From Roseovarius sp. (GTDB lineage Bacteria; Pseudomonadota; Alphaproteobacteria; Rhodobacterales; Rhodobacteraceae): a stretch of 64,000 nt of DNA. This document shows, piece by piece, positions 48,329 through 59,813 of this stretch (positions within the stretch are counted from its first letter, which is position 1; each line of letters starts with the position of its first letter). The DNA lies in assembly GCA_036568405.1 (NCBI GenBank), contig DATCSR010000001.1, positions 34,684 through 98,683 of the forward strand. The letters run 5' to 3'. A program made the position numbers and the translations under genes. Below the pieces are notes generated by a model. The model had not been told where the DNA came from and made no database searches. It saw nothing but the letters and a program-made list of their open reading frames with translations.

Positions 48329-49684
48329 ATGAGCTGGATCGAAACCCACGGCCTGATCGTCCTTCTGGGTCTTGCGCTGGCGGCAAGTGCCGTTGTCATC
48401 CTGCAACAGAGGCGCAGCCCGCAATCCACGCTGGCGTGGCTGATGTTTCTGGTGCTGGCGCCCTATCTGGCCGTTCCGGTCTTTCTGGTCATGGGGTTTC
48501 GCAAACGGCCGCGTCCCGGCAATCATGCCGACGCCGCCCTCCCGCTGCGCCATGACGCGAACGCGCCCCAGGTCGAGCGGATGCTGCTGCAATATGGCCT
48601 GCCAGCCGCGACGGATGGCAACTACTTCGCTCTTCTGCCGGGCGAGGTGGAGGCATGGGAGGCGCTGCTGGACGTGGTACGCAGCGCAAGCGTGTCGCTG
48701 GACGTCACGCTCTATGTGCTGGGCAATGACGCGGTGGGGCGCGCGTTTTGCGCCGCTCTGGCCGAGCGGGCGCGGGACGGCGTGGCGGTGCGGGTCATAC
48801 TGGACAGCATCGGCAGTCTGCGCCGGCCCCGCGCCGCGCTGCGCGATCTGGCAGCGGCGGGGGCTGAGGTGCATCTTTATTCACCGCTCCTGCGCATTAC
48901 CACGGGCGGGCATCCGAACCTGCGCAACCACCGCAAGATGGTGATCGCGGATGGCGCCCGTGTCTGGGCCGGCGGGCGCAACGTGGCCGAAGAATACATG
49001 GGGCCAGAGCCGCAGGAAGGGCGCTGGTGCGATCTGTCCTTTCGCGTGGATGGGCCGGCGGCAGCGGGCTTTGCCGATATCTTTGCATCCGACTGGATCG
49101 CGGCGCGCGGCAAGATGCCGGACCCGGCCCCTGTCCGGCCACCGGACACCGGGCGCAGCATCGTGCAACTGGTCCCCGGCGGCCCGGACGTGGCCGAGGA
49201 TCCGCTGCATGACGCCCTGGTCTATGCCTGTCACGCCGCACATGCGCGCCTGTGGGTCGTCACGCCCTATTTCCTGCCGACGACCGAGTTGTCGCATGCA
49301 TTGGCCATCGCGGCACGGCGCGGGGTGGATGTGCGCGTGGTCATTCCGCTGAAATCGAACCAGTGGCTGGCCGATCTGGCGCGCGGCGCATGGCTGCGCG
49401 ACCTTGCGGCGGCGGGCTGCCACGTCCATCTGCATCCCGAAATGATGCATGCCAAGGCGGTGCTGGCCGACGATCTGGGGTTTGCCGGATCAGCCAATTT
49501 CGACGCGCGCAGCCTGCTGCTGAATTTCGAGGTGATGGCCCTGCTATCGTGCCCGCACGACATCGCGCCGCTGCGCCGCTGGATGTCGGACTTGTGCGCC
49601 GCCGCCCCCGAGGGACTGCCCGATGCCAGCTTTGCCAGGCGCCTGATCGAGGGGCTGTTTCGCCTGACATCACCCATCCTGTGA
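48329..49684 (+). CDS. Phospholipase D-family protein, cardiolipin synthase-like
   Basis: Two N-terminal TM segments and two HKD motifs (NHRKMVIADG; MHAKAVLADD). Confidence 0.8.
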   Translation: MSWIETHGLIVLLGLALAASAVVILQQRRSPQSTLAWLMFLVLAPYLAVPVFLVMGFRKRPRPGNHADAALPLRHDANAPQVERMLLQYGLPAATDGNYFALLPGEVEAWEALLDVVRSASVSLDVTLYVLGNDAVGRAFCAALAERARDGVAVRVILDSIGSLRRPRAALRDLAAAGAEVHLYSPLLRITTGGHPNLRNHRKMVIADGARVWAGGRNVAEEYMGPEPQEGRWCDLSFRVDGPAAAGFADIFASDWIAARGKMPDPAPVRPPDTGRSIVQLVPGGPDVAEDPLHDALVYACHAAHARLWVVTPYFLPTTELSHALAIAARRGVDVRVVIPLKSNQWLADLARGAWLRDLAAAGCHVHLHPEMMHAKAVLADDLGFAGSANFDARSLLLNFEVMALLSCPHDIAPLRRWMSDLCAAAPEGLPDASFARRLIEGLFRLTSPIL

Positions 49685-49746
49685 TGCGGCCGGAAAAGAC
49701 GCGTTTGGAGAGATTCCGAGTTGTATGATCGGGAAAGCTTCGCAAT

Positions 49747-49802
49747 AGTGCGGCGCACTCATGCCGTGCACGGGCGCATTTGTCACCTGACTGCGCCGCA
49801 CT
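49747..49802. repeat. 11-bp perfect inverted repeat (agtgcggcgca ... tgcgccgcact) with a 34-nt spacer, upstream of gdhA
   Basis: Read directly in the cls-gdhA intergenic region. Confidence 0.7.
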
Positions 49803-49824
49803 TGCCCGGAACCTCAACACTTGA

Positions 49825-51276
<1,452 letters not shown>

Positions 51277-51511
51277 ACGCGGGGCCGTTCGGACGGGCCG
51301 CGGTTCGCCGGTCCGGTTCGGCGGCGGCCGCGATCACGACAGCTGGCGTCGTTTTCCGGTGCGGCATGGGCTGGCTTTGCCGTTCGGGCGTTGTTGGCCT
51401 ATGCCGGTCGCGGGAACAGCAAATCCCTGGCAGACTTACAGCGCCGGCGTGTTATTCTGCGCGACGTGCTAAATACTGATTTGTCGCTGAAACTTGACGA
51501 AAGCCGCACCC

Positions 51512-52672
51512 ATGAAAGTGCTTCGCCAACTCGCCCTGTCGCTCGCGGTCGTTGCCGCGGGATTATACGTCTGGATCGCCTATGTCCCGGCAGCGTGGCC
51601 CCTGCTGGACCGGATCGGTCTGCTGGATGTGCTGGGCATCGACGCACCGGAGGCCGACTCGCAGGACGATTTTTCGGACGAAGGCCCCGCGCGGGTAATC
51701 ACCGCGACCGTTGGCCAGCAGGCGCTTGCGGATCGTATCCGTGCCATCGGCGATGGCCGCGCGCGCCGTTCTGTCAACGTGCGCTCGAACGCCGTCGGGA
51801 CCATCATCGACATCGCATTGGCGGCGGGCAGCTATGTCGAGGAAGGCACCGTCATCGTCAGGCTTGAAGACGAGGCCGAGAAGATTGCGCTGGAAAAGGC
51901 GCAGATCCAGCTGGAAAATGCGCGCGCCGACGCCGGGCGCGCCAGACGGCTGGCGGCGACGGGCGCCGTTGCCGAGGTGCAGTTGCGGGAATTCGAACTG
52001 GCGTTGCGCAGCGCCGAACTGGCGGTTCGGCAGGCCGAATTCGATCTGTCCCAGCGCCATGTCGAGGCCCCGATATCGGGCTGGATCGGGATCATCGACC
52101 TGGAAAGAGGCGACCGCGTCAATGCGCAGGATCTTCTGGTCACGATCAGTGATCGCTCGGACATCCTGATTGATTTTCGCGTGCCCGAACGTGTTGTCGG
52201 CAAGATCGCGACCGGCCAACGGATCGAAGTATCGCCGCTAGGCGGCGGCAGGCAGGTTCTGATCGGAGAGATTGCCGCGATCGATGCCGTCGTGGACCGC
52301 GCCAGCCGAACGTTGCTGGTGCAGGGGCGCGTGCCCAATGAGGGCGATCTGCTCCGCGCCGGCATGGCCTTTTCCGTAAGCCTCAGCTTTCCCGGCGACA
52401 CGCTGCTGTCGGTCGCGCCGCTCGCCGTGCAATGGTCCAGCGACGGTCCGTTCGTCTGGGCCGTGCGAGATGGTAAAGTGGCGCAGGTGCCCGTGTCGAT
52501 CGTGCAGCGCGAAAGCGACGCCGTGCTGGTCACGTCGGACGATCTCAAAGCCGGAGAAGCCGTCGTCACCGAAGGCGTGCAGACGCTGCGGGATGGCGCC
52601 GAGATCAACGTGATGTCCGGTGACGAGGCCCTGTCCGGCCTCAGCGCCACAGACCCAGAGGCCGCGCTGTGA
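51512..52672 (+). CDS. RND efflux periplasmic adaptor (MFP) subunit
   Basis: N-terminal anchor, then coiled-coil hairpin (LENARADAGRARRL...LRSAELAVRQAEFDL) and beta-barrel domains. The stop overlaps the pump start. Confidence 0.85.
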   Translation: MKVLRQLALSLAVVAAGLYVWIAYVPAAWPLLDRIGLLDVLGIDAPEADSQDDFSDEGPARVITATVGQQALADRIRAIGDGRARRSVNVRSNAVGTIIDIALAAGSYVEEGTVIVRLEDEAEKIALEKAQIQLENARADAGRARRLAATGAVAEVQLREFELALRSAELAVRQAEFDLSQRHVEAPISGWIGIIDLERGDRVNAQDLLVTISDRSDILIDFRVPERVVGKIATGQRIEVSPLGGGRQVLIGEIAAIDAVVDRASRTLLVQGRVPNEGDLLRAGMAFSVSLSFPGDTLLSVAPLAVQWSSDGPFVWAVRDGKVAQVPVSIVQRESDAVLVTSDDLKAGEAVVTEGVQTLRDGAEINVMSGDEALSGLSATDPEAAL

Positions 52673-55600
52673 GCGCGCCCGTCTCCCCCGGAACCGCGCT
52701 TTTCGTGCGGCGGCCGATCCTGGCTTTCGTGCTGAACGCGCTGATCGTTCTGGCGGGCGTCGCGGCGCTCTTTGGGGCGGAAATTCGCGAATTGCCCAAT
52801 GTGGACCGCCCCGTGGTCACGATCACCACCCGCTTTGACGGGGCATCGCCGGAATCGGTCGATCAGGAGCTGACCGGACGGATCGAAGGCGCGGTGGGCC
52901 GGGTGACGGGCGTGCGCAGCATTTCGTCCAATTCGCGTTTTGGCCGCAGCCGCGTCACCGTCGAATTCAATGACGATGTCGATATCGACGTGGCCGCAAC
53001 GGACTTGCGCGATGCGGTGGCGCGGATCGTGAACGAATTGCCCGAGGACGCGGAGCGCCCCGAGATCGTCAAGGCCGACGCGAATGCCCAGCCGGTGATG
53101 CGCATCGCCGTGACCTCTGCCGCGCGATCGCCGCAGGAGCTGACTGCCATCGTGCAGGACCGCATCGAAGACCGGCTGATTTCCGTCGCGGGGGTCGCGG
53201 ACCTGCAGGTCTACGGCGACCGCGAGCCGATCTTTCGGGTGGATATCAACCAGTTGGAACTGGCCAGCCGGGGCCTGACATTGGGCGATGTGCAGCGCAC
53301 CCTGTCTGACGTCGCGCTTGATACGCCCGCCGGCGATCTGGCCGGCGCGCGCCAGTCTATCAACGTGCGCACCACCGCGAACGTGGTGACGCCGGACGCC
53401 TTCGAGGCGCTTGAGATCAAGCCGAACGTCAGGATCGGCGACATCGCGCGCGTGACGCTGGGCCCTGCCCCCGGCGAGACGATCCTGCGGGCCAATGGCC
53501 GGCAGGGGGTGGGCATGGGAGTGATCCGGCAGGCCACGTCGAACACGCTGGAAATCTCGGCAGGCGTTCATGCTGTCGTGGCTGAATTGAACCGCACCCT
53601 GCCCGAGGATGTCAGCGTCATCGTCACGTCGGACGATGCCAGGTTCATCTCGGGCTCCATCGAAGAGGTGCTGAAAACGCTTGGCTTTGCAATTACCATC
53701 GTGGTGGCCGTCATCTTTCTGTTCCTGCGCGACATCCGCGCGACGCTGATCCCGGCGCTGACCTTGCCGGTGGCGCTGATCGGCACGCTGGCAGCGATCT
53801 ATCTGGTCGGCTTCTCGATCAATATCCTGACGCTGCTGGCGCTGGTTTTGGCGACGGGGATGGTGGTCGACGATGCCATCGTCGTGCTCGAAAACATCGT
53901 CCGGCAACGGGCGGCGGGCATGGGGCCGCGGGCGGCGGCGGTGAATGGAACAGCACAGGTTTTCTTTGCCGTGGTCACGACCACCGCGACGCTGGCGGCT
54001 GTCTTCGTGCCGCTGTCGTTCCTGCCGGGTCAGGCCGGCGGGCTGTTCCGCGAGTTCGGCTTTACCTTGGCGATGGCGGTCCTCTTGTCCTCGGTCGTGG
54101 CGCTCAGCCTCTGTCCGGTCATGGCCAGCCGCCTGCTGACCAAACCGCCGCAGCAGGACGCGCGCGGCCCGATGATCTGGCTGGGGGCCCGGCTGATGCG
54201 ACTGTACGAGACCACCCTGCGCGGCGCGCTGGCGATGCCGTTTGTCATCGTTCTGATCGCCCTCTTCGTCGCGGTCACGGCGGCGATGATGGCCACCGGC
54301 ATCCGGCAGGAACTGACCCCGGCTGAGGACCGCGCCGTTGCCCTGCTGCGCGTCACGGCGCCGCAGGGTGTTTCGCTGGAGTACACCCAATCCAAGATGC
54401 TGGAAATCGAGGATATTGTCGCGCCCATGCTGAAAAACGGCGAGATGACCAATATCTTTGCCTTCAGCGGCTTTAGCGCCGACAACCGCGGGTTCATGGT
54501 GTTCACGCTGGCCAAATGGCAGGACCGCGACCGCAGCCAGCAGGAAATCGTGGACGAACTGAATGACAAGCTGGACAATGTCATCGGCGTGCGCGCCTTT
54601 ACGATCCAGCCCAATTCGCTTGGCATACGAGGGGCCGGGCGGGGTCTGGCCTTTGCGATCACCGGCGACAGCTATATCCAATTATCGGGCGTGGCCGAGG
54701 AAATGGAGGACCGGCTGCGCGGGATCCCCGGCATGGGGCAGGTGCAACTGGAATATGAGCGCACGCAGCCGCAGCTATTCGTGCAGATCGACCGCGCGCT
54801 GGCCGCTGATCTGGGCATCGACATCACCGGTCTGGGGCAGGCCTTGCAGGCGGTGCTGGACGGGCGCACGGTTGCTTCGGTGTTCGTTGAGGACAAAAGC
54901 TATGACGTGCAGATGCTGTCAACATCGGACCCGATCGACGATCCCGGCGATCTGGAGAACGTCTTTGTCAAGGCCGGCAATGGCCAGATGATTCCGATGG
55001 CCAGCTTCGTCACGCTTGAGGAACGCGCCGTCGCGCCAGAGCTGGACCGCGAAGGGCAGAACCGCTCGGTCGAGCTGACCGCCGAGCTGACCCCCGATCT
55101 GTCGCTGGGGGATGCGCTGGCGAAGGTGCAGGAAATCGGCGATGAGGTTCTGACCGACGAAAACCGCATCATCCCGCTGGCCGAGGCGGCAGCGCTGGAT
55201 CAGACCAACGCCGGCCTTTTCGTGACATTCGGGTTCGCCATTCTGGTGGTATTTCTGGTGCTGGCTGCGCAATTCGAAAGCTTCGTTTCTGCCGTCGTCG
55301 TCATGGCAACCGTGCCGCTGGGTCTGGCCTGCGCGGTCTTTGCGCTGCTGCTGACCGGGCAAAGCCTGAACGTCTACAGCCAGATCGGTCTGGTCATGCT
55401 GATCGGCATCATGGCCAAGAACGGGATTCTGATCGTCGAATTTGCCAATCAGCTGCGCGACAAGGGGGCGGACGTGCATGACGCGATCCTTGACGCCTCC
55501 ACCATCCGGCTGCGCCCGGTGATGATGACGATGACCTCGACCGTTCTGGGCGGCGTGCCGCTGGTGCTGTCGTCCGGCGCGGGCGCCGAAGCGCGCGAGG

Positions 55601-55764
55601 CACTGGGCTGGGTGATCGTCGGCGGGCTGGGATTGGCCACGCTCTCGACGCTTTATCTGACGCCGGTGGCTTATCTGTTGCTGGCAGGCTTCTCGACCCC
55701 GAAGGCAAAGGAAGAAGCGCGGCTGCAAAAGGAATTGCAAGCCGCGCAGGCACAGGGCGGCTGA
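52669..55764 (+). CDS. RND efflux permease (AcrB/HAE1-like)
   Basis: 1031 aa in a 12-TM, two-large-loop layout. Conserved TM4 region ATGMVVDDAIVVLENI. Confidence 0.95.
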   Translation: MSAPVSPGTALFVRRPILAFVLNALIVLAGVAALFGAEIRELPNVDRPVVTITTRFDGASPESVDQELTGRIEGAVGRVTGVRSISSNSRFGRSRVTVEFNDDVDIDVAATDLRDAVARIVNELPEDAERPEIVKADANAQPVMRIAVTSAARSPQELTAIVQDRIEDRLISVAGVADLQVYGDREPIFRVDINQLELASRGLTLGDVQRTLSDVALDTPAGDLAGARQSINVRTTANVVTPDAFEALEIKPNVRIGDIARVTLGPAPGETILRANGRQGVGMGVIRQATSNTLEISAGVHAVVAELNRTLPEDVSVIVTSDDARFISGSIEEVLKTLGFAITIVVAVIFLFLRDIRATLIPALTLPVALIGTLAAIYLVGFSINILTLLALVLATGMVVDDAIVVLENIVRQRAAGMGPRAAAVNGTAQVFFAVVTTTATLAAVFVPLSFLPGQAGGLFREFGFTLAMAVLLSSVVALSLCPVMASRLLTKPPQQDARGPMIWLGARLMRLYETTLRGALAMPFVIVLIALFVAVTAAMMATGIRQELTPAEDRAVALLRVTAPQGVSLEYTQSKMLEIEDIVAPMLKNGEMTNIFAFSGFSADNRGFMVFTLAKWQDRDRSQQEIVDELNDKLDNVIGVRAFTIQPNSLGIRGAGRGLAFAITGDSYIQLSGVAEEMEDRLRGIPGMGQVQLEYERTQPQLFVQIDRALAADLGIDITGLGQALQAVLDGRTVASVFVEDKSYDVQMLSTSDPIDDPGDLENVFVKAGNGQMIPMASFVTLEERAVAPELDREGQNRSVELTAELTPDLSLGDALAKVQEIGDEVLTDENRIIPLAEAAALDQTNAGLFVTFGFAILVVFLVLAAQFESFVSAVVVMATVPLGLACAVFALLLTGQSLNVYSQIGLVMLIGIMAKNGILIVEFANQLRDKGADVHDAILDASTIRLRPVMMTMTSTVLGGVPLVLSSGAGAEAREALGWVIVGGLGLATLSTLYLTPVAYLLLAGFSTPKAKEEARLQKELQAAQAQGG

Positions 55765-55828
55765 TCGCGACCCTTGGCTAAACCGCAGCGATCACCTGCA
55801 ATTGCCATCAGAGGCAGCCTCACATCCA

Positions 55829-55862
55829 CAAAAAACGGGCGCATCTCGCAGATGCGCCCGTT
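55829..55862 (-). terminator. Intrinsic terminator of cspA
   Basis: 12-bp stem aacgggcgcatc / gatgcgcccgtt. On the minus strand it is followed by a T-run. Confidence 0.7.
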
Positions 55863-55901
55863 CCATTACTTCAAATTCGTCAAGCACCCAAGAAGTGGGA
55901 T

Positions 55902-56108
55902 TTATGCCAGAACGATGTTTGTCGCGCTTTCGCGGCCATCACGACCGGCTTCGATGTCAAAAGTCACCTTCTGATCGTCGTTCAGCCCGGTCAGGCCAGC
56001 CTGCTCAACAGCGGAAATGTGCACGAACACATCTTTGCTGCCGCCATCGGGCGCGATAAAGCCGAAGCCTTTAGTTGTGTTGAACCATTTGACGGTGCCA
56101 GTAGCCAT
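55902..56108 (-). CDS. cspA: Cold-shock protein (CspA family)
   Basis: [34 protein letters not shown] carries the RNP1 and RNP2 motifs. Confidence 0.95.
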   Translation of the reverse strand: MATGTVKWFNTTKGFGFIAPDGGSKDVFVHISAVEQAGLTGLNDDQKVTFDIEAGRDGRESATNIVLA

Positions 56109-56394
56109 CGTCGTACTCCTTCAAAAAAACTGCCTGCGTGATGCAGCAGATCGGCCAAGTCAGTGCAAGATCGAATAACTGACTCGGAAGGAGCAGTGAT
56201 GCCGATAAAGGTAACGTCGCCGGATACAGATGGGCCACCGGTCTGCAAATTGCAAGGCGCAGGATGATTAATACCCGCAGCGATGATCCTGCGACGCGTT
56301 ACGCGCCAGAATATCGCGATTTTGGGCAGAATCTCGCCATCGCTTGATTTGGCCGCGTGAAATGCATCGTCAGGTTTCGAACCTCACACGACGC

Positions 56395-56425
56395 AAAAGA
56401 CCCGCACCCCTGTCAGGGATGCGGG
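56395..56425 (-). terminator. Candidate intrinsic terminator after the NCS1 permease gene
   Basis: Minus strand: cccgcatccctg-a-caggggtgcggg (one mismatch), then tcttttg. Confidence 0.5.
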
Positions 56426-56449
56426 CAAGTCGAGGGAGGTAGGGATAGC

Positions 56450-57955
56450 TCAGAGATCCTCGCGGCCGATTGTTTCACCACGTGTCTCTTCCGGGCTCAT
56501 GCGGCGGAATTGACCCGCACCCAGATATGCCCAGCTCAAACCTTCGCTGGTGGCCAGAAACTCGTTCGAGTACTCTGAGGTGATCTCGGCCTGCGGGTAG
56601 TTGGGCAGGACCAGCAGCTTCATCAGGATGAGGTAGATCACAAAGCCCAGCGGGAACCCGATGACAAAGGCGTATTGCGAATACCACGCCGCCACCGCGC
56701 CCGCGATCAGCCAGGCCAGAAGCCCCGCAAAATTGACGCCGCCGGTATAGCGGAACTGGCCCGTGTGGCTGTAAAGGTCGGGGACGTTGAGGCGCCGTTT
56801 CCGCAGCACATAGTAATCCGCGATCATGATACCGCCGATCGCCGACAGGAATGCGCCGTAATATCCAAGGAAAACGAAGAGATTGTCGAGGATCGCCCAA
56901 GGAAAGCACAGCGTGCCGACGATTCCGGCCAATGCAACCGCCAGCTTGTAGTTGATATACCGCGGCGCGAGGTTGATGAAGGTCAGCGCCGAGGGGATCA
57001 GGTTGGCCGAGTTGTTCGTGGACCATTGCGCCAGAACCACCAAGGTCAGCAGGATCACCAGCGAGAACCCCTGCCCTTCGCCCTGGATTACCTCGATCGG
57101 GTTCCAGTTGCCGGTTGCGATGAACGACACGCCACCGATGCCGGCAATCAGCGCCTGCGTGACCGGCAGGGCGATAAGCTGCGCAAGAAAGACGTTGCGG
57201 TTGCGGGCAGCAAAGCCTCGCGCGCCGGCTTTCGTCTTGACGAAACGCGTCAGGTTGGGCACGTCGATGGCCATCGTCGACCAGAAGCTGAGATTGGCGA
57301 TGAACAGCACCATCAACGACATCTCGCCCGCGGCCTCATAGTTCCACAGGTTGATGCCAGCCGTGTCGGCCACGCCTTCCAGCGTGAAGTACATCCAGAT
57401 CGAGATCGCGATGATCGCGGGCGCCGCCAGCGAGGCCAGCCTTTCAACCGACTTGATGCCCATTGCGGTATTGGCTACCTGCAGGATGCCGAAAATCACA
57501 TACCAGATGAACCAGTTGTTGAAGCCCAGGAAATATTCGCCGATCCCGTTCAGGGCCAGCGCGCCCAGATAGGTCTGGATGCCAAACCACATGGCCGCGA
57601 TCAGCCCGCGCGAAACCGCCGGCAGATGCGTTCCGTGGATACCAAAAGGGGCCCGCAGATAGACGGCAAAGGGCAGCCCGTGTTCCGTCCCGATATCGGC
57701 CGTCAGCACCATCAAGGCGCCGATGCCGACGTTTGCCAGGAAGATGATCAGGATCACCGTGGACAGCGGCACGCCGCCGCCGACGCCCGCAGCGCCCAGT
57801 GAATAGGTCGCGATGATCACGGCGATACCCACCCAGATCCAAGCATAGCCGATCAGGCCGATCGGGCGCTGCCCCAATAATGTCGGCAGGATCGATTCCT
57901 CGATCAGGCCGGTGCGTTCATGCTCCGCCTGACGTATTTGGTCTGTTGCTGTCAT
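56450..57955 (-). CDS. NCS1-family nucleobase/hydantoin:cation symporter
   Basis: 501 aa with a 12-TM NCS1 pattern (…WFGIQTYLGALAL…). It sits in an operon with the hydantoinase genes. Confidence 0.85.
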   Translation of the reverse strand: MTATDQIRQAEHERTGLIEESILPTLLGQRPIGLIGYAWIWVGIAVIIATYSLGAAGVGGGVPLSTVILIIFLANVGIGALMVLTADIGTEHGLPFAVYLRAPFGIHGTHLPAVSRGLIAAMWFGIQTYLGALALNGIGEYFLGFNNWFIWYVIFGILQVANTAMGIKSVERLASLAAPAIIAISIWMYFTLEGVADTAGINLWNYEAAGEMSLMVLFIANLSFWSTMAIDVPNLTRFVKTKAGARGFAARNRNVFLAQLIALPVTQALIAGIGGVSFIATGNWNPIEVIQGEGQGFSLVILLTLVVLAQWSTNNSANLIPSALTFINLAPRYINYKLAVALAGIVGTLCFPWAILDNLFVFLGYYGAFLSAIGGIMIADYYVLRKRRLNVPDLYSHTGQFRYTGGVNFAGLLAWLIAGAVAAWYSQYAFVIGFPLGFVIYLILMKLLVLPNYPQAEITSEYSNEFLATSEGLSWAYLGAGQFRRMSPEETRGETIGREDL

Positions 57956-58023
57956 TTTTATTTTTCCCTGCTGTCAGTTGAATAAGGCCGGCCCGCGATG
58001 CGGACCGGCCAATCCGGTTCAGT

Positions 58024-59799
58024 TCAAACGGCGGCTGCCATCTCTCTGCGGCGCATTTCGGTGGCCGCCAGATCGACCGTCTCGGCGTCCAGATCGAACA
58101 CCAGGCCATAGACGTCGCGCGCGTGTTCGGGTGAGCAGAACCCGTCCAGCACGTCATCCAGCACCTTTTGCGGCACACGTTCCAACGGGCTGCCATAGCC
58201 GCCGCCACACGGGCTGTAATAGGCCATCACGTCATCCTTGCGGACTTCCTTGCCGTGAAACTTGGAGTGCATGACCTCTGCGGGTTCATTGCTTGACACG
58301 TTGTAGATATCGCATTTGCCCGCCGCCCCTTCGGTGCCGCCGAAAATGCCCCACGGCACGTTGGAGTGACGCTCGCTTTCATGGGTGATGATGCCGTCGG
58401 TCAGCATCCGCTGCGCCTTGACCACGCCGATGCCGCCCCGGTATTTGCCCGCGCCCGGCATCACGTCGTCGCGCAGCTCGTACCGCTCGCAGATCATCGG
58501 GATATGCATCGCCAGATCTTCCAGCGGGTTGTTGCGCGTGTTGGCCATCAGGTTGTCGATGGCATCGGGCCCGTCGGATTTGGGCCGTCCGCCATAGGCG
58601 CCCTCGTTGACCTCAAGGAACACCCAGTAATCGCCGCTATCGCGCACCCCGGCATAGGAGGCAAAGGAGATAGACGCCGACGATCCGGCGATGATTTCTT
58701 CCGGCAGAACCGGCGCCATCGCCTTCATGATCAGGTCGATCATATAGTTGCACTGGGTAAAGCGTGCCTCGGCCGAGGCGGGCGCGATCGGGTTGAAGAT
58801 CGACCCTTTGGGCGCGATCACCTCGATCGGGCGGAACGATCCCTGATTGGATGGCACCCGCGTGTCCGAGGTCGCCGTATCAAGCAGCAGCTTGCGGAAG
58901 GCGGCAAAGGCCGCAACCTTGGTCGAGCCCTCAAAGGGCACGTTATAGGCCGTGGGCGTCTGCGGGGCCGACCCGGTCAGATCGACGGTGATGGAATCGC
59001 CGCTGACCCGCACGCACACCTTGACCGGCAGATGCTGGCCGCGATTGCGCCCGTCGTCGTCCAGCCACCCTTCGGCGCGATATTCACCGTCGGGAATATC
59101 CGCGATGCGCTGGCGCAGCATCTTTTCGGAATAATCCATCAGCTGGTTGCAGGCCCCGAATACCAGTTCCTTGCCGTATTGATCCAACAGCTCGTTGAAC
59201 CGCTTGACCCCCAACCGGGCCGAGGCGATCTGTGCCTCGATATCATCCACCAGCTGGCGGGCGGCGCGGCTGTTGTTGCGGATGAAACGCCACATCGTCT
59301 CGTTGCGCTTGCCCTTGCGGTAAAGCTTGGTTCCGGCAAACAGCATGCCCTCGGCATAGACATCCGGCACGTCGATGATCAGGCCGGGCGTGGCCGCGCC
59401 GATGTCGATATGATGCGCGGTGTTGGCCGAATAGCCGACCAGTTCGCCCTCATGGAAAATCGGGATGACGATCGCCAGATCGGGCGTATGCGATGACCCG
59501 TGATAGGGGTGGTTGTGAACGACAACGTCGCCCTCATACCATTCACCATCATCCAGCGTGTCCTGAATTCCGTTCAGATATCCGGGGATCGAGCCGATAT
59601 GCATCGGCGTCGATTCTGACTCGCAAAGCGTGTTGAACTCCGTGTCGAACAGCCCGGCGCCCAGATCCTCGGATTCCCGGATAATCGAGGAAAAGGACAT
59701 GCGGAACAGCACGTGGGCCATTTCCTCGGCGATGGTTTCGATGGACCCCCGGATCACCTGAAGCGTGATCGGGTCGATGGTCAATGTGTCTTTTGCCAT
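58024..59799 (-). CDS. hyuB: Hydantoinase B / oxoprolinase-family subunit (HyuB)
   Basis: MAKDTLTIDPITLQVIRGSIETIAEEMAHVLFRMSFSSIIRESEDLGAGLFD is a typical Hydantoinase_B N-terminus. Confidence 0.9.
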   Translation of the reverse strand: MAKDTLTIDPITLQVIRGSIETIAEEMAHVLFRMSFSSIIRESEDLGAGLFDTEFNTLCESESTPMHIGSIPGYLNGIQDTLDDGEWYEGDVVVHNHPYHGSSHTPDLAIVIPIFHEGELVGYSANTAHHIDIGAATPGLIIDVPDVYAEGMLFAGTKLYRKGKRNETMWRFIRNNSRAARQLVDDIEAQIASARLGVKRFNELLDQYGKELVFGACNQLMDYSEKMLRQRIADIPDGEYRAEGWLDDDGRNRGQHLPVKVCVRVSGDSITVDLTGSAPQTPTAYNVPFEGSTKVAAFAAFRKLLLDTATSDTRVPSNQGSFRPIEVIAPKGSIFNPIAPASAEARFTQCNYMIDLIMKAMAPVLPEEIIAGSSASISFASYAGVRDSGDYWVFLEVNEGAYGGRPKSDGPDAIDNLMANTRNNPLEDLAMHIPMICERYELRDDVMPGAGKYRGGIGVVKAQRMLTDGIITHESERHSNVPWGIFGGTEGAAGKCDIYNVSSNEPAEVMHSKFHGKEVRKDDVMAYYSPCGGGYGSPLERVPQKVLDDVLDGFCSPEHARDVYGLVFDLDAETVDLAATEMRRREMAAAV

Positions 59800-59813
59800 G
59801 TGAATTTCCTCCC

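Noticed and set aside
48329-49684. PLD-family protein considered as a defence or Nuc-type nuclease
   Set aside because: The N-terminal TM pair and the spacing of the two HKD motifs fit cardiolipin synthase. Genome-typical composition and a metabolic neighbourhood point the same way.
51832-54681. 949-aa ORF antisense to the RND adaptor and pump genes
   Set aside because: Shadow ORF. It is extremely Arg/Gly/Asp/His-rich and has no domain signatures. The plus strand encodes canonical MFP and AcrB-like proteins.
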